A DNA stretch of 64,000 nucleotides from Deltaproteobacteria bacterium (GCA_003599195.1 QZIZ01000075.1:7705-71704), one strand, 5' to 3'; shown: positions 1 to 9,836, counted from the stretch's first letter. Made by a program: numbers and translations. Notes: generated by a model from the sequence alone, not told the origin.

Positions 1-64
1 TGTTCCATCGTCGCCAGAACCTTCCGCCCTTTTTGACCCGGTTTTGACTTCGTGACCTCTGAAC

Positions 65-149
65 TCTCTAAAAATTAGAGATTGCGCCCACTTGCCTTTT
101 CTGATAGGTTTGCTTCCCTGGGGAAGCATTCCTAATATCCCTTATTAGG
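65..149. promoter_or_regulatory. Three short perfect palindromes upstream of the XRE-family gene (candidate operators)
   Basis: TCTCTAA-aaa-TTAGAGA (65-81), TGCTTCCC-tg-GGGAAGCA (111-128), CCTAATA-tccct-TATTAGG (131-149). The TTAGGGAA motif recurs at 145-152 and 188-195. Confidence 0.3.
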
Positions 150-163
150 GAATTTTTATCACA

Positions 164-625
164 ATGTCAAGAAAAAAATCTCCCCAATTAGGGAAATATT
201 TAGGTACAGGAGATCGTATTAGAAAAATCAGAGGTGATTTGACTCAGGAAGAATTTGGAAAATTGTTTGGCGTTAAAGGTAATACTATCTCTCGCTGGGA
301 AGATGGAAGGCTTTCTGACGAAGAAACTTTAAAAAAAATTGCAGATTACGGCCGGGTTACTGTAGAATGGATTTTGACCGGTAAAGAAGAGCACCGGCTC
401 CGGGAACCGGCCCCGGAACCTTATAGGATCAAGCCCACCACTCTGAATTTAGATGCCTTGTCCCATGTCATTCTGCTGGTGCGGGACTGGCTTCGCCGTC
501 AACGTGAAAAGCTTTCCGCGCCTGCCGAGGCGCATCTGATCGCCAGTTGTTACGAATATTGGGCCACTAAAAATTTCTACCCTGACGATCAGGATATTGC
601 TGATCTGCGCCGCTCTCTGCCCTAA
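164..625 (+). CDS. XRE/Cro-CI family helix-turn-helix transcriptional regulator
   Basis: N-terminal IRKIRGDLTQEEFGKLFGVKGNTISRWEDG is a typical HTH_3 pattern. The C-terminal half is unrecognised. Confidence 0.75.
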   Translation: MSRKKSPQLGKYLGTGDRIRKIRGDLTQEEFGKLFGVKGNTISRWEDGRLSDEETLKKIADYGRVTVEWILTGKEEHRLREPAPEPYRIKPTTLNLDALSHVILLVRDWLRRQREKLSAPAEAHLIASCYEYWATKNFYPDDQDIADLRRSLP

Positions 626-690
626 CCGGGCATATCTCTGCCCTCAATATCTCTTTAATTTTTTCTCTTGGTGGATTCACGGAGGCCCAG

Positions 691-1086
691 ATGGTCCGTA
701 TCTTCCTGATGCTTTTCTTTTTTCTGGCTTTTCTGCTTTCCTCTTCTTATTCTTATTCCCAGTCTTTTCCCAAAGGAGGGCTGGATTTATCAAACCTTCC
801 CCCAGGCCGGGCCGCGGCGGTGCTCCTATATGCCTTTCAACAGGAAGGCTGCTTGGAACTACGCCTTGTCTACCCCAACCCCCTTTTATACGTTGAACCT
901 AAATTTTGGCAGACCCTCACCCACGTGGAAAAGGTCAACTTCGGTAAACTCGCCCTTGAATTGGTCAATACCTTAAATAATGAGACCGGCTATCAATGTT
1001 ACTGGGTTTTTATCAAGAACATGACCACCAAGGAGAAGCTGGGCACGGTTCATTTGCTTGAAAATCGGGTGGAAATATTCAAATAA
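691..1086 (+). CDS. Hypothetical secreted protein
   Basis: ORF with a hydrophobic N-terminal signal-like segment (MVRIFLMLFFFLAFLLSSSYSYSQ). No recognisable domain. Confidence 0.4.
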   Translation: MVRIFLMLFFFLAFLLSSSYSYSQSFPKGGLDLSNLPPGRAAAVLLYAFQQEGCLELRLVYPNPLLYVEPKFWQTLTHVEKVNFGKLALELVNTLNNETGYQCYWVFIKNMTTKEKLGTVHLLENRVEIFK

Positions 1087-1111
1087 TAGGATTTAAGGAG
1101 CGGAGAACGGT

Positions 1112-1291
1112 ATGAAAGCCCCTAAACATTCAACCGGACAGGAACTTACAAGCGATGATTATAAGATTTGGCTTGAATGTGATACCTGCGGGATCTCTTG
1201 GTCCCTTGATCTGAGCCCCGGGGTCAAACTTCCGGAAGATTATTGGCTGTGCCCTAATGGTTGCAATGTTCCGAAGGAGACAATTCATTGA
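1112..1291 (+). CDS. Small (59 aa) zinc-ribbon-like protein, below the ORF-track cutoff
   Basis: ATG at 1112 preceded by AGGAG (1096-1100). Translation MKAPKHSTGQELTSDDYKIWLECDTCGISWSLDLSPGVKLPEDYWLCPNGCNVPKETIH has CxxC...CxxxC. Confidence 0.4.
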   Translation: MKAPKHSTGQELTSDDYKIWLECDTCGISWSLDLSPGVKLPEDYWLCPNGCNVPKETIH

Positions 1292-1394
1292 ACCTTTACA
1301 AAATATTCGGTAGATGTCCCACCTTGGAATTTTCAGGTTTTTTCTAATTAAGTTTATTTTATAATTATTTCCGTCTGTTATCCTTCTTTCTCCC

Positions 1395-1428
1395 GGTGGG
1401 ACATCACCGTCCCACCTTTTGGCTTTTT
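1395..1428 (+). terminator. Rho-independent terminator candidate
   Basis: GGTGGGAC-atcacc-GTCCCACC stem-loop followed by TTTTGGCTTTTT. Confidence 0.5.
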
Positions 1429-1620
1429 ACACATTATATTGTTTACATATTATTTGTTTTTTCTAATGCTTTTTTTCTAAATTTATCCCTTAGTTAATTA
1501 TTATACATCTTTATATGGTTGCTCAGCTTCTTTTCTCATTTCGTATGCAATAACCTCTTTTTTTGCTGAAAATTCTATCACTTTTCTCATTTTGCCTCTT
1601 GTCCCCCACCCTTTCTAACT

Positions 1621-1646
1621 CCCTAAAAGTTCCCTAAAAGTTCCCT
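1621..1646. repeat. Tandem 11-mer CCCTAAAAGTT (2 full units plus a partial) in a non-coding pyrimidine-rich tract
   Basis: Direct reading: ccctaaaagtt ccctaaaagtt ccctttt. Confidence 0.8.
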
Positions 1647-1790
1647 TTTGGTGTCCTCACATCCCCCATTTACCTTTTCTTATTTTCCCTGCTCCCCCCC
1701 ACAAAATAAAAAACCGGCTCAACACCTACCCACCAACCTCTAAGCATCTATCAGCGTATAAATTCTTGAACCGAAAGTCCTTGATTTAAC

Positions 1791-1877
1791 TGGTGCCTGG
1801 GGCCGGACTCGAACCGGCACGGGGCGAACCCCGAGGGATTTTAAGTCCCTTGCGTCTACCCGTTCCGCCACCCAGGC
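1791..1877 (-). tRNA. tRNA-Leu, anticodon UAA
   Basis: The reverse complement folds as a cloverleaf. Acceptor GCCTGGG/CCCAGGC plus ACCA; anticodon stem AGGGA/TCCCT with loop CTTAAAA; long variable arm CGGGG-ttcg-CCCCG; T-arm GCCGG-TTCGAGT-CCGGC. Confidence 0.9.
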
Positions 1878-1955
1878 TTTTTTGGAATTTCAAGGACTTG
1901 GCTTATTTTTGCAGGTGTTGTTAATTTTTTGGTGTCCATATAGATGTCCACGCGC

Positions 1956-2303
1956 TCAGATTTTCCCCTGCACCAAAGTTTTGAGTTCCTCTTCGCTCAC
2001 CTTGTTTCGGCGTTTGCACATCTGCATGGTTCTGTGTCCCGTAGCCGCCATTATACGAAAGTAATCCTGCCCCTGCAATCGCCAGTTTTGAAACTCCTTG
2101 AATCTGTCTCAATGGAAGTCAACAGTATCCTTTTCCTTGGCAAAAGTGGCGGATTGCCGCAAACCACAGCATTGGAAGCCCGCCTGAAGCATTTCAAAAA
2201 AAAGCTCAGTCTTAAAGATTTCAGGGTGAACTTCCACCCACGTCCCGCATTTCCCGCATTTCGCCAGATACTTATCATCTTCGGTGATCCTGGTGAGAGT
2301 CAT
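1956..2303 (-). pseudogene. Decayed tyrosine-recombinase (integrase) remnant
   Basis: One minus frame reads ...LFFEMLQAGFQCCGLRQSATFAKEKDTVDFH*DRFKEFQNWRLQGQDYFRIMAATGHRTMQMCKRRNKVSEEELKTLVQGKI. The GLR (box I-like), H-x-x-R and GH-T--M--R[Y]N-VSEEEL patterns are integrase-like. There is an in-frame TGA at 2109-2111, the box I to box II distance is far too short, and the expected catalytic Tyr is Arg. Confidence 0.5.
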
Positions 2304-2390
2304 GGTCCGTCCATGGGCTTCTGAGTTGCCGCCAAGAGGGTTGCCGGCGGCGGGCCGGCTGCTGGAGCATTCGCGTCAGGAAGTTCCGCT

Positions 2391-2978
2391 TTAATAAACG
2401 CGCCGAGGCACACCGGCAGATATGGGCTGCCTGGCCGGATAGCCCGCTACTCCCTGGCCCGTATCCAGCCGGAATTTCACCCAAGCTACCAGAACGGCAA
2501 ACAGCCCGGCCCACACCCGGGTATGGCCGTGGCCGGTATGAATATGGGCCAATTCATGGCAGAGGGTGGTCAGGCGGCATCCGGGGGGGTAAAAGCGGAC
2601 GGACTTTTGTCCATGGTCCGCTTCCGCCATTAACACTGAAGACTTTAGCCGGAAAACCGCTGGATCGTCAGAGATCTCCAGCGGGACCGGAGAAAAGCCG
2701 AAGGCCGCGCAAATCAGCCGGCTCCAGGACTCGATCTCCTTAAACTCCCGGGGCCGGATCAATTCCCGGTCATAAGCATGACACTTGTCGCACCATACCG
2801 GGCCGTCAAATACCAGGTTACCGTGATCCCCGGGGTCCAGGACGGCGCGGCATCGGGGACACTCCAGGAACAGGCCTGCCGATTCACTGGCGGCTTGGAC
2901 CACTTCGCTTCTTTTCTCCCCAACATCCGGCTCATCCATGAGGCGGCCCCCAAAGGAGGTACTCCACCGGATAGTCAA
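2391..2978 (-). CDS. SprT-like zinc metalloprotease with N-terminal zinc ribbon
   Basis: HEXXH motif in LCHELAHIHTGHGHTRVW. Upstream CPRC...CDKC zinc-ribbon pattern. Confidence 0.55.
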   Translation of the reverse strand: MTIRWSTSFGGRLMDEPDVGEKRSEVVQAASESAGLFLECPRCRAVLDPGDHGNLVFDGPVWCDKCHAYDRELIRPREFKEIESWSRLICAAFGFSPVPLEISDDPAVFRLKSSVLMAEADHGQKSVRFYPPGCRLTTLCHELAHIHTGHGHTRVWAGLFAVLVAWVKFRLDTGQGVAGYPARQPISAGVPRRVY

Positions 2979-2996
2979 GATTTACGAAAACGGTCC

Positions 2997-3356
2997 TCAA
3001 AAATTTCCCAGGGAACATGACCCTTCGTCGCCTTCGTAGACGGGCTTGCCCTCAAAATTAATTTTTTCCCCGGATCCGTCCAGGGTCAGGATTTCAAAGG
3101 CCTCATCCCAGTTACCCCACCTCGTATTCTCTCCGAAGGAAATGGCCCCCCGCCCCAGATTGTGACATACAACAATGGCACCCGCATCTCCCGAAGGCGT
3201 CCGGAAAAGGTAACTGGAAACGACGGCTTCTCCTTCTTGGGCGATGGTTCTTTCAATGACTTCAATGGCCGTCTTTGCCGTTATGCCCATGGCCGCGGCT
3301 TCCGGACGCCAACTATCCGGAGTCAGAAGCCGCTTTTCCCAATAATGCAACAGCAT
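2997..3356 (-). CDS. Hypothetical protein, co-oriented with and 18 nt upstream of the SprT-like gene
   Basis: Open frame with plausible composition. No recognised motif. Confidence 0.35.
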   Translation of the reverse strand: MLLHYWEKRLLTPDSWRPEAAAMGITAKTAIEVIERTIAQEGEAVVSSYLFRTPSGDAGAIVVCHNLGRGAISFGENTRWGNWDEAFEILTLDGSGEKINFEGKPVYEGDEGSCSLGNF

Positions 3357-3528
3357 GCCCTTGAGTCCTTTGTTAAAAGTTGGTCACAAATTTTATCTGA
3401 ATTAAATTTAACTAGCAATAATCGTTCCGGAATTGATCAGAACCGCGGCCGGCGGCGATCCCGGGATTTCTGGGGATGGTCTGGCTGCCGGAGCGAGGTT
3501 TATTTATTTTTTTAAGCAAATTTTATAT

Positions 3529-3557
3529 TTGACAAGCCGCTAATTTCCGACTAATAT
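3529..3557 (+). promoter_or_regulatory. Sigma-70-type promoter candidate for the sigma-54 activator gene
   Basis: TTGACA (3529-3534), a 17-nt spacer, then TAATAT (3552-3557). A small inverted repeat TCCGA-ctaata-TCGGA overlaps the -10. Confidence 0.45.
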
Positions 3558-3602
3558 CGGACTCCCTTGGTGTCTAAAATTAGACTGGATGTCGGAGGAC
3601 AT

Positions 3603-5897
3603 ATGGATAGGTCTAATTTTCCCAGGATTCCCTTCACCGATCTGGATCTCCTTGAATCTGAAGAATTTCAACTGCGAATTTTTGAAAGCTTTGCCGATCC
3701 CCTGGCGGTTTACGATCGAAGTTACCAAATCCTGAAAGTTAATCAGCCGCTGTTGAAATTCTATCAACGGTCCGCCGGGCAGCTCCTGGGCCGGCATTGC
3801 TACCAGGTCTTTCATGGCCGCAGCGCGGTTTGCGAGAACTGCCACGTGGAGAAGGTCTTCGAGACCGGAAAACCCCAAAGGCGGGAAATGCTCATTACGT
3901 TGCCGGATGGCAGCCGGCGTTTCTTCGTGGTCCATGCCTATCCGGTGAAGGATGACGGGGGCGCCGTCATCCAGGCCCTGGAGCATGGCCGGGATGTCAC
4001 TTATCAGAAGACCGTGGAAAAGGAATTGCGCTCCGCCAAGCAATTTCGAGAAAACATCATCAATGCCATCACCGACACCCTGTTGGTCATCGATCCCCAT
4101 AATTTCCGGATTATGCAGGCCAACAACTCCTTTCTGAGCCGAGTCGGTCTTGATGCCGCTAGAGTCCTGGGCAGAACCTGCTACGAGATTTTACTGCGCC
4201 GGGAACATCCTTGCGCTGTGGACGGCCTGGATTGTCCGGTGGAAAAGTCCGCCAAAATTAAGCGAACGGCAATGGTCGATAAGGTTTATCCCGATGCCCG
4301 GGGAGTAGAGCGGGTCTTGCATATTGCCAGCTATCCCCTCTTGGATAGCCAGGGAGAGGTGGAGCTGGTGGTCCGCCTGGAGCGGGACGTCACTGAAAAG
4401 CGGACCATGGAGGAAGCCCTGGCCTTCAGGTCCCGGGAATTGCAGAAAACTCAGCACCAGTTGGAAACGCTGTTCGAAATTTCCCGGCAAATGAACGCCA
4501 AGGATTCATTAGTCGAAATTATTGAGTCTTTAAAAACCATAACTGAAGAAATCTTCCCCCATACCAGTTCACTATTTTTGATCATGGATGCCGGCCGCAC
4601 CCATTTTCTCCGATTTGGCGAAGGACTGGGCTATTTCATCGAAAAACCGGGCTTGGTGGCGGATTTTATCCGGTTTTTGGGAATACTTCAGGAATCCTGC
4701 ATTATTACCGGCAGGGATAGCCCGGCCCGGCTCGCTTTTCTAAAAACTATTTCCGGGATATTTCCCCAATGGCTTGGCATACCGATCATGGTGGAAAGAC
4801 AATGTATCGGGTTTTTTCTATTGAGTTCCCAAAACCTCATAGACTATTCCAACCGGGACTTGCAATTCATCCAGGCATTGCTGGATCAGACTTCAGGGCA
4901 TATCCGGTCTCTGGTTTTACATGAGTCCAAAATTAGACAGGTCCATAGCCGGACCGCCAAAGTCTGTCATGGAGAAATCATCGGGCAGAGCAAGAGGATG
5001 CAGGAGGTCTATGAACTCATCGACCTGGTGGCCGGTTCCGACGCCACGGTGCTCATTACCGGGGAGAACGGCACCGGCAAGGAGTTGGTGGCCCAGGCCA
5101 TCCACCGCCAGAGCCATCGCCGCAAGGGGCCGTTTGTGGTGGCTAACTGCTCGGCCTATTCCCCCACCTTGCTGGAAAGCGAACTCTTCGGCCATGAGAA
5201 AGGCGCTTTTACCGGCGCCATCCGCCAGAAAAAGGGACGCATCGAAAGAGCCCACGGGGGCACGCTTTTCCTGGACGAAATCGACGATATCTCCCCGGCG
5301 ACCCAGGTGCTGCTGCTGCGTTTCCTCCAGGACCATTACTTTGAACGGGTGGGGGGAGAAAGAGCCATTGAGGCCAACGTCAGGGTGTTGGCCGCAACCA
5401 ATCAAGATCTCCAGAAGGGAGTGGATACCGGGAAATTCCGGAACGATCTCTATTACCGGCTGAACGTAATCGCCATTCATCTCCCCGCCCTGCGGGAGCG
5501 AAAGGATGACATTCCCCTTCTTTGCCGCCATTTCCTGAGCAAATGCAGCGCCAAAGAGAAGAAGAACATCCAGAAATTCTCGGCCAACGCCATGCAAACC
5601 TTGATGGATTATGATTGGCCGGGCAATGTGCGCCAGTTGGAAAATGCGGTCAATCATGCGGTGATTGTCGCCCAGGACGACATCCTCGGCAAGCGGCATT
5701 TGCCCCGATTCCTCAAGGAAATCGAAGATGAACCTGCTTCCACTTCCTTGACGGAAAATGAGCGCCGTTTAATCTTGAGGGTGCTTCAGGAAACCAACTG
5801 GAACAAACATGACGCAGCCAGGCGCCTGGAAGTCACCCGCAGCACCCTTTATAGTAAAATCCGGCGTTACGGTCTGGAGAGGGCGGGTAGCGCCTGA
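3603..5897 (+). CDS. Sigma-54-dependent transcriptional activator (PAS-PAS-GAF-like sensor, AAA+ domain, Fis-type HTH)
   Basis: Walker A GENGTGKE, GAFTGA loop (EKGAFTGA), C-terminal HTH AARRLEVTRSTLYSKIRRYGL. PAS-like segments carry Cys-rich stretches (CENCH, CAVDGLDCP). The ATG at 3603 follows GGAGGA; the track start at 3567 is GTG. Confidence 0.9.
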   Translation: MDRSNFPRIPFTDLDLLESEEFQLRIFESFADPLAVYDRSYQILKVNQPLLKFYQRSAGQLLGRHCYQVFHGRSAVCENCHVEKVFETGKPQRREMLITLPDGSRRFFVVHAYPVKDDGGAVIQALEHGRDVTYQKTVEKELRSAKQFRENIINAITDTLLVIDPHNFRIMQANNSFLSRVGLDAARVLGRTCYEILLRREHPCAVDGLDCPVEKSAKIKRTAMVDKVYPDARGVERVLHIASYPLLDSQGEVELVVRLERDVTEKRTMEEALAFRSRELQKTQHQLETLFEISRQMNAKDSLVEIIESLKTITEEIFPHTSSLFLIMDAGRTHFLRFGEGLGYFIEKPGLVADFIRFLGILQESCIITGRDSPARLAFLKTISGIFPQWLGIPIMVERQCIGFFLLSSQNLIDYSNRDLQFIQALLDQTSGHIRSLVLHESKIRQVHSRTAKVCHGEIIGQSKRMQEVYELIDLVAGSDATVLITGENGTGKELVAQAIHRQSHRRKGPFVVANCSAYSPTLLESELFGHEKGAFTGAIRQKKGRIERAHGGTLFLDEIDDISPATQVLLLRFLQDHYFERVGGERAIEANVRVLAATNQDLQKGVDTGKFRNDLYYRLNVIAIHLPALRERKDDIPLLCRHFLSKCSAKEKKNIQKFSANAMQTLMDYDWPGNVRQLENAVNHAVIVAQDDILGKRHLPRFLKEIEDEPASTSLTENERRLILRVLQETNWNKHDAARRLEVTRSTLYSKIRRYGLERAGSA

Positions 5898-6040
5898 ATG
5901 TAAAAGGAAAGGTCCAAATTTAAACATTACTATTTTGATTAGATTATTGGGGTTTTCCCAGGGCTCCCTTATAAGAAAGAGTCCGATTTTATACATTTAT
6001 TAATAATTTAATTAGCCAAAATCTTGCCATAAGTGCCAAG

Positions 6041-6068
6041 GGGCCGAATTTTCGGCCCTTTTTTATTT
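6041..6068 (+). terminator. Rho-independent terminator candidate downstream of the activator gene
   Basis: GGGCCG-aatttt-CGGCCC followed by TTTTTTATTTT. Confidence 0.55.
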
Positions 6069-6398
6069 TGGCAAAAAACTTGAATAAGATCATTCGTCAG
6101 CGCACCAGAGGTGGGGCCGCGGTGCGCGGTTAGCTTAAAATCTAAATTAGCTCAATGTATTAACCACTTCTGCAGGAAAGGGGGTGAAACTTCCTAAGAA
6201 GGAGGCACAAGGAATCCAAAGGCCGAGTCCTGTGCTTCCTTGCGTTTAAGGGCCTTTGTTTGTCGTGGTCATTTCTCCTAAGAGCAGCATTTCCCATCAG
6301 GAGGAACCTTGGTATTCAAATCCCTCAACTCTTAGTTCGTTTCCTTCAGGTCTGCAACAAAGGCTACTCCTATGACGCCAGATATGGGAGGTCAAAAG

Positions 6399-7892
6399 AT
6401 GGCGAAAGAAAAACGCGATATTGAAATCAACAGCCGGGCCGATACCCTGCCTTTGATGGGGCCGGAGGTCAGGCCCTGGCCGGTCACTCCACCCCCTACA
6501 CCCGAATGGGTCATGGACAATGTCTATGCCAAGCGCAAAGCGCAGGAATTCGGTAAATTCCTGGAAGACAACCTGAGACTGGATTTTGTTTTCGATAAAC
6601 CGGAAGCCCTCCAGGGCCTCCGGGTAATGTGCAACGGCATCTGGCAGATCAGCAGAATGTTTGCCGCCAGCCTGCTGGGGGAACAGGGCGCGGAAGTGGT
6701 TCATATTGAGCCGCCCGGGGGCGACCCCCTGCGCCAACTCACCCCCTTCGGCCGGGAAGAGTACATGCTCATGGATAACGTCGCCGGCGAACCCTGCGGC
6801 CTGGATTTTCTCCACGAGTTCCGCAACGCCAAATCCATCACCTTGAACCTGGAGACCGAAGACGGGCGGGCCATTTACAAAAAGATGGCTACGGTCTTTG
6901 ACGTCATCATCGAGGCCTGGCCCCCGGGATATATGGATTCCGTAGGGTTAGGCTACCGGCACCTGTCCAAGCTCAACCCCCGGCTGATCTACTGTTGGGT
7001 GGGGGAGCGGGGCCAATGGGGTCCCATGAAGGACGAGGTCTCCAAGCATGGCCAATGGATTCTGGACCCCTTCTCCGCGGCGGCTGACTCCTGGATCCAC
7101 AACACCGGTTTCCCCCAGGATCAGTGCCCCCGCGGCAAGGGCGGCGACCCCATGCGCTCCGGCGCCTGGCTGCCCTCCTACGTCTGCGGCGAGCAGGCCG
7201 CGGTCAATATCCAGGCCGCGCTCTACTGGCGGGACGGGGTGAGCGGCGAAGGCCAGTTCATCGAGGTCACCGCCGCCGAAGCTCTGATGGACATCCTGGA
7301 CTTCGACATCGGCTGGTACGGCTTCAACCGGTCCATTAAGGCCCGCACCGGCGCCTGGGACCCCAACCTCAACCAGTACGAGTGGAACCCCTGCAAAGAC
7401 GGCTATATGATGATCGGCGGCCAGACCGACCGTCTCTGGTACCGTATCGGCATGTGCATCGAGCGGGAGCTCCCCGAGTTCGGCCGGCTGATCCATGAAG
7501 ACCCGCTGCTCAAAGAGATGGGGGCCCGCAACTCGCTCCAGGGCCTGATCAAGACCTATTCCATCACCACCAAGTGGCTCCGGGACATCAACCGTATCGA
7601 GGCCGAGCAGAAGCTGATGGAGTATGAAATCGCTGCGGGTCCGGTTCTATACATCGATGAAGTGGCGGAATTCCCCCACTTCAAGTACCGCCCCTGGGTC
7701 AACACCATCGAGACCCAGTTCTACGGCACGGTGATGTATTCTGAATCCTGCGCCGCGTTCCAGCACCGCACTCCGGCCCGAGTCAAGGATATTGGCCGGC
7801 CCCTGGGGCATGACAACGGCGAAGTCTACCAGAAATTCCTGGGCATCGGCCCCTTGAAACTCCGGGAACTTAAGGCGAAGGGGGTTATCTAA
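6399..7892 (+). CDS. Family III CoA-transferase (CaiB/BaiF-like), unusually long paralog 1
   Basis: [45 protein letters not shown] matches the family III N-terminal signature (G-RV-D...GA-V-VE-P-GD--R). The ATG at 6399 follows GGGAGG. Confidence 0.85.
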   Translation: MAKEKRDIEINSRADTLPLMGPEVRPWPVTPPPTPEWVMDNVYAKRKAQEFGKFLEDNLRLDFVFDKPEALQGLRVMCNGIWQISRMFAASLLGEQGAEVVHIEPPGGDPLRQLTPFGREEYMLMDNVAGEPCGLDFLHEFRNAKSITLNLETEDGRAIYKKMATVFDVIIEAWPPGYMDSVGLGYRHLSKLNPRLIYCWVGERGQWGPMKDEVSKHGQWILDPFSAAADSWIHNTGFPQDQCPRGKGGDPMRSGAWLPSYVCGEQAAVNIQAALYWRDGVSGEGQFIEVTAAEALMDILDFDIGWYGFNRSIKARTGAWDPNLNQYEWNPCKDGYMMIGGQTDRLWYRIGMCIERELPEFGRLIHEDPLLKEMGARNSLQGLIKTYSITTKWLRDINRIEAEQKLMEYEIAAGPVLYIDEVAEFPHFKYRPWVNTIETQFYGTVMYSESCAAFQHRTPARVKDIGRPLGHDNGEVYQKFLGIGPLKLRELKAKGVI

Positions 7893-9319
7893 ATGGACGA
7901 AAAAGAACTGCAAAAACTAAAGGTTTGCGACATCGAAGACCTCCCCGGCCCCAAGAGCAAGGAAGAGCTGGAAGAGATGAAGATGCCCTTCGAGGAGTAT
8001 TGCCGCAAGGCCTTCGATCCCGGCAACGAGTTCCTCAAACCCGAAGCCCTGAAGGGTATCCGGTGGATGAGCACCACCATGTACATCTTCACGCCCCACT
8101 CGGTGGCCAACCTGGCCGAGCTGGGCGCGGAATGCATCAAGGTGGAGATGCCCCGGATGGGCGACCCCATGCGCCAAACCTCGCCCTTCAACGAGGCGTA
8201 CCTCTATCCCCTGCACGACACCCGGCCCATGACCGGCACCGGTTACGGCTTCCTGAACGCCAACGTCAATGAATACTACATCACCCTGGACTACCACGTG
8301 CCCGAGTCCAAGCGGGTCTTCTACGACCTGGTGAAGCAGTCCGACGGCCTCACCGAGTGCTACCGCCACGGCACCTTCGACCGCTGGAAACAGGGTTACC
8401 GCTACCTGATGGAGATGAACCCTCGGTTCATCTATGTCTGGGGCGGCGGCTTCGGCTACGGCCCGAAAATGTTTGGCGGCTCTTACGACATCCTGGGGCA
8501 GGCCCACGCCGGGCTGGCCAGCATCACCGGCACCCACAAGGACATGGGCGGCCACGCTACCAAGTGCACCAACTGGTGCATCGACTGGTACTCCGGCACC
8601 CAGATCACCTGCGCCATCATGGCGGCCCTGAACTATCGGCTCAAGACCGGCCTGGGCACCATGATCGAGTTCTCCCAGGTGCAGGCCGCAACCCGCATGT
8701 GCGGCTACACCGCGCCCCTGTACGGCCGCTTCGGCATCGTCCGCCAACGCTGGGGCAACTGGGACACCCAGCTCTGCGTCCACGGCATCATCATGACCGG
8801 CAAGTCCGACTTTCCTGATCGGCCCAACCCCCAGGAAAAGTTCGAGGCCCGCTATGTCATGCTGAGCGCCTTCCAGGATGCGGACTTCAAAGACCTGTGC
8901 GACATCATCAGAAGCCGGACCTCTTCAGCAGCTATAAGACCCACAAGGAGAGGGTCGGCGGGCCGGCCCAGGTGGAAATCTATAAAGCCATCGAGGCCTG
9001 GGCCGCGGACAAGACCCGCTCCGAAGTGGTGAAGATCTTCAAGGAAGCCGGACTCCTGGCCGCACCGGTGATGAATGACAGAGAGGTCTATGAGTCCGAG
9101 CACTTTCGGACCCGGGGCACCGTCCGCTGGCTGGATGACCCGCTCTTTGGTGATATTCTCGCTCATTGCTCTTACAGCGCCGGTTTGCTATCCAAGACCC
9201 CCCGGAGGCTCAGGTGGCAGTGGCGGCCGGTGGGCGCGGACAACGTCAAGATCTACCACGAGCTCCTCGGCTATCCCATGAGCAAGATCGAAGAGCTCTA
9301 CAACCGGAATATCATTTAA
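7893..9319 (+). pseudogene. Family III CoA-transferase paralog 2, interrupted by a single frame change near 8904-8914
   Basis: The 7893 frame gives [45 protein letters not shown] and stays family-like up to ...FKDLCDII, then turns into Arg/Ser/Pro junk. The family-like C-terminus ([15 protein letters not shown]...[18 protein letters not shown]) continues in the 8897 frame. Confidence 0.8.
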
Positions 9320-9336
9320 GCGGAGGGGACAGGCAT

Positions 9337-9822
9337 ATGTGCGATATCATCTGGTGCAAGAAAGAGGTAGGCGGCAAAGTCTGCGACACCGTCAATTACC
9401 TGGACCCCTATTGCTTCTGGAACTGGGAAGGCAAGATCGGCTGCGCCGAATGCGGCACGGTGTACTATATCCACATGATCCAGGGGCACATGTACCGGGG
9501 TCCCGATGAAAAACCGGGCGAAAAGGCCGACATCCTGCCCCTCTTTGCGGATAAGCCCAACGACGGCTATAGCTGCTATCTGCCGGGGATCGAAGGGCGC
9601 ACCCGGCCCTTCACCTGCCTGCCCCGGGAAATCTATTTGGGGCACGCGGACACGGTGAAGTTCAGCATCCGGGGCAAACCCGTCCGGGGCTGGCGCCCCC
9701 AGCCGCCGTCGGCGGGAGTGGCCGGATCATTCGGGTTCTTCTGGGATATCGAGAAGCTCTCTCCTGAGGTCTGGGCCGAATATCAGGAGAAAATCAAAAA
9801 AGGCGAAGTTAAGGACTGGTAA
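9337..9822 (+). CDS. Cys-rich protein of unknown function (161 aa)
   Basis: ATG at 9337 after GGAGGGGA. MCDIIWCKKEVGGKVCDTVNYLDPYCFWNWEGKIGCAECG... carries multiple Cys pairs. The track ORF from 9166 overlaps the upstream gene's tail and is taken as a spurious extension. Confidence 0.6.
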   Translation: MCDIIWCKKEVGGKVCDTVNYLDPYCFWNWEGKIGCAECGTVYYIHMIQGHMYRGPDEKPGEKADILPLFADKPNDGYSCYLPGIEGRTRPFTCLPREIYLGHADTVKFSIRGKPVRGWRPQPPSAGVAGSFGFFWDIEKLSPEVWAEYQEKIKKGEVKDW

Positions 9823-9836
9823 GGGAGGAGCTGCTC

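Noticed and set aside
1921-2324. Track ORFs 1921-2112 (minus), 1944-2324 (plus) and 2051-2278 (minus)
   Set aside because: Only the minus frame containing GH-T--M--R-N-VSEEEL shows protein-family signal (the integrase remnant). The others have implausible composition.
6021-6083. Sigma-54-like sequences near the CoA-transferase operon: TGGCAC-ttatg-GCAA on the minus strand (6021-6040) and TGGCAA-aaaac-TTGA on the plus strand (6069-6083)
   Set aside because: The minus-strand site has the -12 GC two positions off and points into the activator gene. The plus-strand site has correct spacing but lacks the conserved -12 GC (TTGA) and lies 315 nt from the start codon. At best it is a weak candidate, so the operon's real promoter remains unidentified.
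4917-8783. Minus-strand ORFs 4917-5699, 6297-6815, 6948-7496 and 7917-8783
   Set aside because: They are shadow frames opposite the sigma-54 activator and CoA-transferase genes, with no motifs and biased composition.
9166-9336. N-terminal 57 codons of track ORF 9166-9822
   Set aside because: They overlap the C-terminus of the CoA-transferase in another frame and read as Arg/Gln/Pro junk. A strong RBS precedes the internal ATG at 9337.
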